DNA of 32,000 nt from Candidatus Thorarchaeota archaeon (GTDB lineage: Archaea > Asgardarchaeota > Thorarchaeia > Thorarchaeales > Thorarchaeaceae): positions 4,429-36,428 of the forward strand of contig PRDJ01000018.1 of NCBI GenBank assembly GCA_003345555.1, given 5' to 3'. Each line of letters opens with the position of its first letter. The stretch's first letter is position 1. Below, piece after piece: positions 9,093-17,351 of this stretch. The translations under genes and the position numbers were made by a program. The notes under the pieces were generated by a model. It was not told where the DNA came from, ran no database searches, and worked only from the letters and a program-made list of their open reading frames with translations.

Positions 9093-9989
9093 ATGGGTTT
9101 GGCTCCTCTGCCGGCTCAGCTTCAGGCGGGAAAGATTGCTTCTCGCGTCCTGAAGGAGACTGTAGATCAAGTCAAGCCGAGGGCAGGGATACTCAATCTC
9201 TGCAGACTTGCTGAAAAGAAGATCATAGAATATGGCGGCAGACCTGCTTTTCCATGCAATATATGTGTCGACAATATCGCGGCGCATTACACGTCGCCTC
9301 GAGACGATCACTCCGTCATACCAGATTGCGGACTGGTGAAAGTTGACATCGGCGTTCATGTTGACGGGTATATCATTGATACTGCAAGAACTATCGATAT
9401 TGATGGCACTCTTGAGGGATTTGTGTCGGCCACTGATGATGCTCTTGGCGAGGCGATTAGCATGATTGCGCCCGGAACCCCCCTAAGTGAAGTGGGCGAT
9501 AGGATTGAGAGGGTAATCAAGACCTATGGCTTAAGACCGGTTAAGGAACTCACGGGGCACAGCATATCGAGATACACACTACACGCAGGAAAGACTGTGC
9601 CCAATCATAGGACTCACGGAAGCACGCAAGCAGAAGCTGGCGATTGCTATGCAATCGAACCATATGCAACAAGTGGGTCTGGCATATCAGAAACTAAGAA
9701 TGCTTTCATCTTCTCAAACACAGGTCTTGACAAGACCCTTGAAGGCATGGCCGAGAAACTCAGACTGCATTTGAGAGAGAAATACGGGTCTCTTCCCTTT
9801 GCTTCCAGATGGGTACAAACCGGGACAAAGGAAATAGATGTATCGGGACTGCTTAGGGTTCTGTTGAGAAATAGGGTCATCAGGGCCTACCCTGTCCTAG
9901 CAGAGAAGAAGGGACGACCCGTAGCTCAAAGCGAGCATACAATCTTCGTGTCGGAAAAGGGCGCCGTTGTACTCAGTCAATCAAACTAG
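9093..9989 (+). CDS. map: Methionine aminopeptidase type II, copy 2
   Basis: AAHYT, KVDIG...IID, GHSI, HAG, AIEPY, QSEHT: all metal ligands present. Confidence 0.92.
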   Translation: MGLAPLPAQLQAGKIASRVLKETVDQVKPRAGILNLCRLAEKKIIEYGGRPAFPCNICVDNIAAHYTSPRDDHSVIPDCGLVKVDIGVHVDGYIIDTARTIDIDGTLEGFVSATDDALGEAISMIAPGTPLSEVGDRIERVIKTYGLRPVKELTGHSISRYTLHAGKTVPNHRTHGSTQAEAGDCYAIEPYATSGSGISETKNAFIFSNTGLDKTLEGMAEKLRLHLREKYGSLPFASRWVQTGTKEIDVSGLLRVLLRNRVIRAYPVLAEKKGRPVAQSEHTIFVSEKGAVVLSQSN

Positions 9990-10360
9990 AAGTTGGACTT
10001 GGCTTTCGGTTCTTCCTCTTTGACAATGTAGACGCCCTCTATGGCTGTCAGAGAGCCGCACTTCGGGCACTTTGTTTCCAGAGGCTTCAGCACGAAATCC
10101 CCTTTCTTGAAGTCCCTGATTTCCTTGAAGTCACAAGCCGTGTTGCTGCATCTTATTTCCGTGATCGTGGGCGGAGGTGGTTTGTGTCCCTTTGGCTGTC
10201 CTCTTGCCGTGAGGAGATTGAAGCCGATTGAGATGATGAGAAGTCCGACGAACAACCAAATGAACGACTGAGGGTCGTTCATTGTCATGAATATGAGTGT
10301 TGCTCCCACTACTGAGATGAACAACCCAATTAGCCTAGAGAGTACGCTCATCGTTGACAC
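9986..10360 (-). CDS. Small membrane protein: two TM helices, proline linker, C-terminal Zn ribbon
   Basis: Two hydrophobic segments, KPPPPT, CSNTAC and CPKC. Starts 1 nt after the DUF1512 stop. Confidence 0.75.
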   Translation of the reverse strand: MSTMSVLSRLIGLFISVVGATLIFMTMNDPQSFIWLFVGLLIISIGFNLLTARGQPKGHKPPPPTITEIRCSNTACDFKEIRDFKKGDFVLKPLETKCPKCGSLTAIEGVYIVKEEEPKAKSNF

Positions 10361-10361
10361 C

Positions 10362-11486
10362 TCAGAGACCGATTCCCATTGTATTCCCGATTCCCGCGAG
10401 CACGATTTTGTCTCCGGGCTTGGTGCGTTTGAGTATAGCCTCCCTGATGCGGTCGATTACATCAGGGATAGCCTCGAGGACTTTCTTCTGCATTACTCCG
10501 ACCGCCGCGGCTTCATCCTCCTTGACGACAAAGGCTTCGAGGGCAATGCCATTCTGGGTGGCCGTTTCTTCTATCGCGTGTTTCTCTGGACCCGGATCTC
10601 CTATCGCCGCTCCAGTGCCCTCCGAGACTCGTCCGAGATCCTCGCCCTCAAGTTTCAAAGCCGCATCTACTGTGATTATGCGCGTGATTCCCCCGCTATT
10701 CTGCTCTACGAGCGTCTTCACGGCGAAACCCGGCTTGCCCACTGTGCCTCCGGGGCCGGTAGCACGCAGAGCATACACAGTTCTTCCCTCTACTTGTACG
10801 GGGTAGTAGCCGACTTCGCGCCCAATCTCGTTCACGTAGGCGTCAGGGCCCGCTCCGTATTTCCTAGCAAACTTGGTTACCACAAGTGGCCCAATGCCGT
10901 CACCGATGGGCTTTCCATCGGAGAATGCTTCGACAGAGTCGTAATATGCCTTGGCCATCCTCAATAGATCTGGCATCTGCATCTGTATCTGCATTATCAT
11001 AATCTGGCTCCCTGTCTTCTTGCCGAGAAGATAGAAGTGCCTAACAACCCTGAATATCAGTGACAGAACCTGAGTTACTTCCATGGTGTTCTCCAGGTTC
11101 TGGTACGTACTCGTGGTTGCATTGGGGGCCAGCTCTCTCACGAATTCCTGAAACCTGTCTCTTCTATCATCTAGCAGGTGGTCAAGACGCTTGAGGACTC
11201 CTGCTGGATCCAAGTCAACCGGCATGATTGTGAAGAAGTCAAGCCAGCGGTCAATACCTTTGGTGACATCTGCTTCACTCTTGCCGTATTGCTTGAACGT
11301 AGCAATGGCGGAATCTCTGGAATCAATGGACATCTCCTTGAGCTCGATCAGTCCCGACTCAATCTGTTTCAGCCACTGCCACATTTGGAATTTTGCACCG
11401 TAGAGGCTGAATATCAAGATGAAAGCATAGAATGCTATGTTTAGTAGCCAGCTGAACTGGCTAAGATCCACGCCACCTAGCTGCAT
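10362..11486 (-). CDS. DUF1512 family protein
   Basis: N-terminal TM helix, PVDLDPAGV, PIGDGIGPLV, GPGGTVGKPG, DAALKLEGE, GIGNTMGIG (recognised family motifs). Confidence 0.8.
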   Translation of the reverse strand: MQLGGVDLSQFSWLLNIAFYAFILIFSLYGAKFQMWQWLKQIESGLIELKEMSIDSRDSAIATFKQYGKSEADVTKGIDRWLDFFTIMPVDLDPAGVLKRLDHLLDDRRDRFQEFVRELAPNATTSTYQNLENTMEVTQVLSLIFRVVRHFYLLGKKTGSQIMIMQIQMQMPDLLRMAKAYYDSVEAFSDGKPIGDGIGPLVVTKFARKYGAGPDAYVNEIGREVGYYPVQVEGRTVYALRATGPGGTVGKPGFAVKTLVEQNSGGITRIITVDAALKLEGEDLGRVSEGTGAAIGDPGPEKHAIEETATQNGIALEAFVVKEDEAAAVGVMQKKVLEAIPDVIDRIREAILKRTKPGDKIVLAGIGNTMGIGL

Positions 11487-11595
11487 TTACATCACCGGCA
11501 AGACCCATGGTAGCTCTTTAATAGTTTCTATCTGTGAAATAATGAAAACATCACCATACGCAACGAGTCGAGGCACCAAGTCTGTGAAGAGAGAA

Positions 11596-11712
11596 TGTGG
11601 CAGCTGATAGGCCTGTCACGGGCTCGCGCACCGCACATGTCCTATCACGATAGTTGGCTTAACTTCGGAGATCGGAACGGGATCCGGTGAACCCAGCTAT
11701 CTGTGGCCGCCA
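11596..11712 (-). rRNA. rrf: 5S rRNA (stand-alone)
   Basis: Minus strand folds as 5S. Helix I UGGCGGC/GCUGCCA, helix II GAUAG..UGG/CCA..CUAUC, conserved GAAGUUAAGCC, UGAUAGG/CCUAUCA helix, GCGA tetraloop. About 117 nt; ends uncertain by a few nt. Confidence 0.9.
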
Positions 11713-11737
11713 TCGAGCCGTTTCTCGTTGGTTCTTG

Positions 11738-11744
11738 TTTTAAA
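11738..11744 (-). promoter_or_regulatory. TATA box of 5S rRNA gene
   Basis: TTTAAAA on the minus strand, centred about 29 nt upstream of the predicted 5S 5' end. Confidence 0.7.
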
Positions 11745-11944
11745 CGTTGCTCTCCGACTGTATGCAAGTCTATTAGGCAATAGCAGTAAGCACCAAGAAC
11801 ACAGCACAGAGTCCAGCCGTTGGCCGCCTCACTTCTTGTATCAGCTGACAGGCGACGGCTACTGTTGCTTGGGATTATGAAAAGGCTCTTCCTATGTGAG
11901 CAGTCTCCTTCTCGCTATTGAAGAAGGACCAGAAGTGGTGGAAC

Positions 11945-12084
11945 TGGTGGGGACGCAGGGATTCTCCCGCAGCCGCGCAATGCGACTACGCTTTGAACCC
12001 TGGATCGACGAGTTTCACTTCTTTATGACCCCTTGGTTCATAAGATCTGGAGCCCGTTGCCTTTCCGGTCTGGGCCACGTCCCC
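11945..12084 (-). tRNA. trnW: tRNA-Trp(CCA) with two introns (37/38: 12014-12046; T-loop: 11962-11991), CCA encoded
   Basis: Acceptor GGGGACG/CGUCCCC plus ACCA, anticodon stem ACGGG/CUCGU around CU-CCA-G..A, T stem CAGGG/CCCUG. Removing 33 + 30 nt gives a 77-nt cloverleaf with T-loop UUCAAAU. Confidence 0.9.
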
Positions 12085-12127
12085 GGGTTTGTTCCATCGT
12101 ACGGCTCGGAGATTCGTTATTGATTTA

Positions 12128-12143
12128 ATTCTTGCGCAAGAAT
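12128..12143. promoter_or_regulatory. 16-bp perfect palindrome between divergent tRNA-Trp and rnhB
   Basis: ATTCTTGCGCAAGAAT is self-complementary and overlaps or abuts the AT-rich TTTAAT element. The regulatory role is inferred. Confidence 0.45.
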
Positions 12144-12218
12144 CATCGCTTTCTGTTGGTATATCGTGAATGAAGGATAGCACGACAGTAATAAGTGCCG
12201 CAGCCTCAGGATAGAGTC

Positions 12219-12905
12219 ATGAGAGAAACGGGACCAGGTCTCCGGGGCACCGCAGGTATCGATGAGGCAGGCCGGGGGCCAATGATTGGTCCCCTTGTTG
12301 TCTGTGGTGTGCTCGTACAGCCAGAGTCTATAACTGAACTCCAGCGAATTGGCGTTCGAGATTCAAAGACCCTGACTCCCAAGCGTCGTGTCGAACTTGC
12401 AAAGAAGATTCGAGGTATTGCAGACAGAATCAGTCTCAGACGGATCTCCGCAGCCAGAATTGATGATTTGAGAGCCAAAGGGGTGACGATGAATGAGATC
12501 GAGGTTCGGGCATTTGCATCGATTCTTCGTTCTCTTCGACCAGACAAGGCATTCATCGACGCAGCAGACATCAACGCCCAGAGGTTTGGCGTCCTGATTG
12601 GTGAAAAAAGCGGTCTGGTGTCGCTTGGCTGCAGCATAGTTTCAGAGCACTTTGCAGATTCTACTTATCCAGCTGTCTCTGCGGCATCCATAGTCGCAAA
12701 GGTAGATCGTGACAACCGCATCAGAGAGCTACAGAAGAACTATGGGGCATTCGGCTCTGGTTATCCGTCGGATTCCAGAACTGTTCAGTTTGTTCGTTCC
12801 TTTGTTGTCGACAAGACGCCACTACCTGCAATAGTGCGAAAAAGCTGGAAGTCCGTCGAGAGAATCCTGAGGGAGAGCAAAGGCGAGCAGATGCGGCTAG
12901 GCTAG
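12219..12905 (+). CDS. rnhB: Ribonuclease HII
   Basis: GIDEAGRGPMIGPLVV, GVRDSKTL, FIDAAD, VSAASIVAKV, GSGYPSD. ATG at 12219 (track start 12195). Confidence 0.95.
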   Translation: MRETGPGLRGTAGIDEAGRGPMIGPLVVCGVLVQPESITELQRIGVRDSKTLTPKRRVELAKKIRGIADRISLRRISAARIDDLRAKGVTMNEIEVRAFASILRSLRPDKAFIDAADINAQRFGVLIGEKSGLVSLGCSIVSEHFADSTYPAVSAASIVAKVDRDNRIRELQKNYGAFGSGYPSDSRTVQFVRSFVVDKTPLPAIVRKSWKSVERILRESKGEQMRLG

Positions 12906-12912
12906 GACTAGT

Positions 12913-13875
12913 CTATATTCCTGACCTTTCCTCGATAATCCTCTTTAGTTCACTTGGCTTATCAATCTCGTCGAGTTCTAGCTGCCTGATAACAGGGAGG
13001 TCGGAGACCTGCTCCTCCGCCTTTCCTTCTTCGACTACTATTATCGCGCTCGATTCCGCAACTTTGGAAACGCTCTTCAGTATCTCCACGCGTTTGTGCA
13101 AGTTCAAGCTCTTGAGAGAGCCAATACTGGTCAATAGCGGCGGTCCTTCTTCTTTTGCAGCCACATGGAAAGGCGCCCTGTCAGTCCAGAGCACTTTCAT
13201 TCCGAGCCTCTCAAAGAACTCATTCACACGTTTCTCAAGACCCGGGATATCCCTTGGAAGTCTTGACCGATCAAGATGCTTGCGTCCAACCGGCTTCCTG
13301 AGTATGTCTATTGGGATGATGAGGTCGGTCTCAAGCACTTCCTCTAGCCTTGCGGCTACTTCCGAACTAACATCCATCTCGTCCTTTTCGTAGGCAAGAA
13401 TCGCTCTTGTAGAAACCTCCACGCACTCCGCAAGCTGTTCCTTTGTCATTCTGCGTGAATTGCGCGCTTCTCTTAGTCTGACACCATCGATGGCAACAAA
13501 CCTTCCTCCTCTCTGAATGAACTCTCGGGGAGCTTGTCCGTCGGTCGTCACGCTATGAAAGCTTGGAGGCGTCACAGTGAACACGCCATATCTTTTGTAG
13601 GCCGTCCCGTCTTCCAGAACGCCCCTGCGCGCTCTCTCGCCCACTACTAAGGCAGTGGCATTGAAGAACAGCGCTACCTGTTGAAGAGCAACGGCGTCGT
13701 CTTTCGTCAGGGCATCGATGTTTGAAAGGACCTTTACAAGGATGAGTTGCTCTCCTTTACGTGCCACCAAATCGAAGCAGCTGGGTCTCACGTCACACTG
13801 TGATGAGAACTCAAACCCAGCCTCCTCTAGGTTCGCCATGACCTCACGCATCAGCTGGTTTCGAGTGACAGTCAT
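12913..13875 (-). CDS. Archaeal Cro/C1-type HTH transcriptional regulator with nuclease-like flanking domains
   Basis: FDLVARKG..ILVKVLSNID N-terminal domain and central HTH LREARNSRRMTKEQLAECVEVSTRAILAYE. ATG at 13875 (track start 13908). Confidence 0.8.
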   Translation of the reverse strand: MTVTRNQLMREVMANLEEAGFEFSSQCDVRPSCFDLVARKGEQLILVKVLSNIDALTKDDAVALQQVALFFNATALVVGERARRGVLEDGTAYKRYGVFTVTPPSFHSVTTDGQAPREFIQRGGRFVAIDGVRLREARNSRRMTKEQLAECVEVSTRAILAYEKDEMDVSSEVAARLEEVLETDLIIPIDILRKPVGRKHLDRSRLPRDIPGLEKRVNEFFERLGMKVLWTDRAPFHVAAKEEGPPLLTSIGSLKSLNLHKRVEILKSVSKVAESSAIIVVEEGKAEEQVSDLPVIRQLELDEIDKPSELKRIIEERSGI

Positions 13876-13957
13876 CGTCAGTGCCTTAGGTAAACTTGCT
13901 GCGAGCATATTTCAGGATTGCTAAATATGATACTTCAAGCAGTGAAGGACCGTGGTC

Positions 13958-14404
13958 TCACTCGGTGTCAGGAGCCAGTGCGAATCCGATGCATGTTGTC
14001 GAAGGCATCTTGCGCCGAAGCAATTGCACTTCTGGCCGGGCCAATGTATCGATAGGCTTCCAAGTCTTGATGGTCGTCCATGGTAGGTCGACATGTCCTA
14101 CGACCATCCTTCGTATCAGGAAAGACTCGACTCTTCCTCCAGCTATTGTGAATATACCCGGTCCTAGGTCAAGTCTTCTGAGAATAACTATTGGAAGCCT
14201 TAGTTCGCTTTGGTACTCGGCTGGGACTTCCTTTGAAAGCATTTCAATCTCCTCCTTTCGAAAGGAGGAGCTCTCCCCATTACGTGTGACAAAGGACGGC
14301 GAATGGCTTACAATGAGTTCAGAGAGTTTGATGGTTGAGCTTGGCAAATGGTTGTTAGCCTCGTCTATCTCTCGCTGGATTGTTCTCTCAAGCAGGCCCG
14401 TCAC
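13958..14404 (-). CDS. DUF61 family protein
   Basis: Size and motifs (NNHLP, LRLPIVILRR, RPEVQLLRRKMPSTT) resemble this archaeal family. Overlaps the fibrillarin stop by 4 nt. Confidence 0.65.
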   Translation of the reverse strand: MTGLLERTIQREIDEANNHLPSSTIKLSELIVSHSPSFVTRNGESSSFRKEEIEMLSKEVPAEYQSELRLPIVILRRLDLGPGIFTIAGGRVESFLIRRMVVGHVDLPWTTIKTWKPIDTLARPEVQLLRRKMPSTTCIGFALAPDTE

Positions 14405-15099
14405 TTTATGTCCTCCCTAACACGGCACACAGCAAATACATGGTCTCTATCAAAGGGCTCAAGGTCGATTTTCTCGATGACCTCAAGTCCGAGTCCGTCG
14501 AGCTTGGAGATTTCCCTGCTATAGATTTGGTTCACATCCGAAGTCGAATCTATACTGCGCGCTTTGATTGCTATCATTGCCCAAGCACCGTATGAGCAGA
14601 AGGTCGAAACATTGTCGTGTAAGATTCTGGCCTGATCCGGCTGTGCAATATCCTGGTATGTCACATCAATCTGGCTCGAGACAATTGGAGCATATCTAGC
14701 CGGATGTCTAGCATCGTCTATGATTGGCACAATATTGCTCCGGGAGGCGGCGAGACGAATCAATCCTCTTGCTATCGTAGGCGAGAACTCGACAGCATAG
14801 ACAACACCTTGGGGCCCCACAATATCAGACACATGACTGACTGTCGTACCTGAGGACGCTCCCAGATAGAGCACCTTAGAGCCGGGCTGAATCGGCATTT
14901 CGTTGAGACCGTTCTGCATGGCAGCTGCCAGTTTCGATCTATTCAGAGACCAGACCCTGAAATGGCCCTCTTCAGTCATGACGATCCTTTCACCGTATAC
15001 ACTCTGGCCCGGGACCAGACTGCGCGTGGCAAGGAGCGTTCGGCCATCCTCGGTGATAGTAAAGACACCTGGAAATCTGTGAGGTTCTATGCTCACCAA
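14401..15099 (-). CDS. flpA: Fibrillarin-like rRNA/tRNA 2'-O-methyltransferase
   Basis: RSKLAAA, VLYLGASSGTTVSHVSDIV, VEFSP, DIAQPDQA. Confidence 0.97.
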   Translation of the reverse strand: MVSIEPHRFPGVFTITEDGRTLLATRSLVPGQSVYGERIVMTEEGHFRVWSLNRSKLAAAMQNGLNEMPIQPGSKVLYLGASSGTTVSHVSDIVGPQGVVYAVEFSPTIARGLIRLAASRSNIVPIIDDARHPARYAPIVSSQIDVTYQDIAQPDQARILHDNVSTFCSYGAWAMIAIKARSIDSTSDVNQIYSREISKLDGLGLEVIEKIDLEPFDRDHVFAVCRVREDIK

Positions 15100-16352
15100 T
15101 TGCGTCCTCCGCGTCTCTTCTCCTTCTTGTACTGACCCTGCCCGGAAGGACGCGATCTGGGGGGTCTGCTTTTCCTCGTTTCCGGCGGTGGTCTTTCGGG
15201 CGGCTCGGGATTCTGCTTCCGTATTTCTTCGGTTCTCTTTTCGAATGCTTTTCTCAGTTCTTCTCCAACATCCCTGCGGGAATAAGCGTCGATCTTGGCT
15301 GCAATACTCAGCTTTCCTGCGAGTGCCCTGGCAATCTTACCTCTCTGCCAGTATGGGGCAGAGTAAATCTCGGGTACTTGGTATATGATGCCGTGTTTTG
15401 GCGGGTCGGTTCCGGTCTTCAGACTCCGGAACAAGGCTCTTTCTGCACCGTAGACTTGGACTGTACTAGAGGGTCTGGAAGCCAAGTCCTTCATTGAACC
15501 TGCTAGGCTAATCAGGCGGGCCCCTACCATCGGTCCTACAAGTGCGGTTATGTTGGGGGCCAGAGTGCGCATCATAGACCCGACATAGTCTTCAAGCTCT
15601 CTCCTTAGTTCGTAGAGGCCTTGGACCCTCTCAGCCAAGCGGCTGATTATTGCCAGGTCTGCTTCCTCAAAGTCTGCTCCCATATCCTCGTCGAGGTTGC
15701 CAATCACTGACTGAATCAAGGAATCCGATAATCCTGCTGACCTGAGCCGTTCTTCGTCAACTTGGTTGCGTCCCTTGCAGGCTATCACAACACGGATGAA
15801 TTGTTCTTGGTCTTCGACTAGCTTGCTGAGCGAGCTGTGATGCAAGGAATACCATTCTCTCAGCCGCATGGCCGCCACATTGATTGATTTGTCGATTTCA
15901 CCGATAGCATCAATCGCATGCTTGACCAGAAGGTCACGTGCTTCGCTTGCCGCACTTACACTGGATTTCGCAAGAATGAGTCCAACGGCGCGTTTGAATG
16001 CTCCCGCTTTCTCCTCAGACTCAATAGCACCTGAATCCTGAAGATGCTTCTCCATGCCCATTCTAAACCATTTTGCCGTGGGTGATGACTGTTCAACGCG
16101 CACAGGGATTTTGGTCAATGTCGAGACGGCTCGTGCTATTGACGGGCTCTCGACGACAATTTCGTCAGTGTCAGACCTATCCAGTCCTTTCACGGCTTGC
16201 GTGAGACCAGTGGTTGCCTTGCCCTCGTTTGCAGTCGAGACTTCCAAAGCGGAAGCATCCACATCCGGGTAAGTCATGTATTCAGCAATCACATTTGCGT
16301 TCTTGTCGAGCACGAATGTGCCAAAGGCAGTGAGGGCGAAGTAAACTGGCAA
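15093..16352 (-). CDS. nop5: Nop5 (Nop56/58) box C/D RNP protein
   Basis: RLREWYSLH, APNITALVG, STVQVYGAERALF, PPKHGIIY, RGKIARALAGK, and a basic/proline-rich tail. Confidence 0.95.
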   Translation of the reverse strand: MPVYFALTAFGTFVLDKNANVIAEYMTYPDVDASALEVSTANEGKATTGLTQAVKGLDRSDTDEIVVESPSIARAVSTLTKIPVRVEQSSPTAKWFRMGMEKHLQDSGAIESEEKAGAFKRAVGLILAKSSVSAASEARDLLVKHAIDAIGEIDKSINVAAMRLREWYSLHHSSLSKLVEDQEQFIRVVIACKGRNQVDEERLRSAGLSDSLIQSVIGNLDEDMGADFEEADLAIISRLAERVQGLYELRRELEDYVGSMMRTLAPNITALVGPMVGARLISLAGSMKDLASRPSSTVQVYGAERALFRSLKTGTDPPKHGIIYQVPEIYSAPYWQRGKIARALAGKLSIAAKIDAYSRRDVGEELRKAFEKRTEEIRKQNPEPPERPPPETRKSRPPRSRPSGQGQYKKEKRRGGRNW

Positions 16353-16436
16353 ATCACATCATCCGCTTGCCTTGGCGCATCGCATCATCATAAGGTTGAC
16401 TATCAGCCAAAGGTCCTGAAGACACCGCGTGCCATT

Positions 16437-17351
16437 GTGCTTATTACAGCCCCTCAGCTAGTCCCACAAGATGAGATTACATTGAAGATTGAAGGATATT
16501 GGCTGGCATCCGGAATCCTAGGCGTCACGGGTTCTAGCATGCGTCGAGTAATCAATGCTGGAGCGGACGCAGTAGTAACCAAGTCAATCGGTCCGCGTCC
16601 TAGGAAAGGAAACCCCGGCCCAATCTTGACCGCATCTCATGGTGGCCTATTGAACGCAGTTGGACTGACTAACCCGGGCATTGACCAATTCTCGGAAGAG
16701 ATGGAATTGATGAAGAGCTCTGGCATCCCGGTCGTTCTAAGTATTTTCGGATCCACGATTGATGAGCTGGTAGATGTGGCCAGAAAAGGCGTGAGTATGG
16801 CACCCGCTGCCATCGAGCTGAATCTTTCATGCCCTCACGCTGAGATTGGTCAGATATCGCTCGACCCCTGTCTAACTTACGATTTTGTTCACGCAGCAAG
16901 AGAGGTCGCTGATTGCCCCTTGCTAGCAAAAATCACGCCCAACGCATCAGATATCGTCGCAATAGGACAAGCTGCAGAACGTGCCGGGGCAGATGCTGTG
17001 GTCGCCATTAACACAGTGAGAGCGATGAAGATTGACATCTACCAAAGACGGCCTGTCCTTGCCAACAAGGTCGGAGGCCTATCAGGGCCGTCGATATTCC
17101 CCATAGCGGTCCGATGCATATACGACTTGTACAGCGCCCTGTCGATTCCCATCATTGGTGTCGGAGGAGTGTCCTCATGGGAGGACGCGATTGAGATGCA
17201 TATGGCCGGGGCAAGAGCGATTGAGGTGGGAACTGCTGTCCTACAGGGCATCGGCATTTTCAGACAGATTAAGGAAGGGGTGCAAGTCTATCTCAAAGAG
17301 CAAGGGTTCACTGACATTTCTGAAATCGTGGGCATTGCGGGGAGGACATGA
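16437..17351 (+). CDS. pyrD: Dihydroorotate dehydrogenase (family 1B) catalytic subunit
   Basis: LASGILG, LLNAVGLTNPG, ELNLSCPH, INTV, GGLSGP, IIGVGG. GTG at 16437 preferred because track start 16197 overlaps nop5. Confidence 0.92.
   Translation: MLITAPQLVPQDEITLKIEGYWLASGILGVTGSSMRRVINAGADAVVTKSIGPRPRKGNPGPILTASHGGLLNAVGLTNPGIDQFSEEMELMKSSGIPVVLSIFGSTIDELVDVARKGVSMAPAAIELNLSCPHAEIGQISLDPCLTYDFVHAAREVADCPLLAKITPNASDIVAIGQAAERAGADAVVAINTVRAMKIDIYQRRPVLANKVGGLSGPSIFPIAVRCIYDLYSALSIPIIGVGGVSSWEDAIEMHMAGARAIEVGTAVLQGIGIFRQIKEGVQVYLKEQGFTDISEIVGIAGRT

Noticed and set aside
10287-10967. 226-aa plus-strand ORF and other long antisense ORFs (e.g. 13896-14420, 23983-24537, 19248-19754)
   Set aside because: They lie antisense to well-supported genes and have no motifs: shadow ORFs.
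12040-12080. CCAGACCGGAAAGGCAACGG as SRP RNA helix 8
   Set aside because: It lacks the AGCA motif and is fully explained as the D-arm and anticodon stem of tRNA-Trp.
11896-12183. 75-aa and 65-aa ORFs
   Set aside because: They overlap the tRNA-Trp gene and are spurious.
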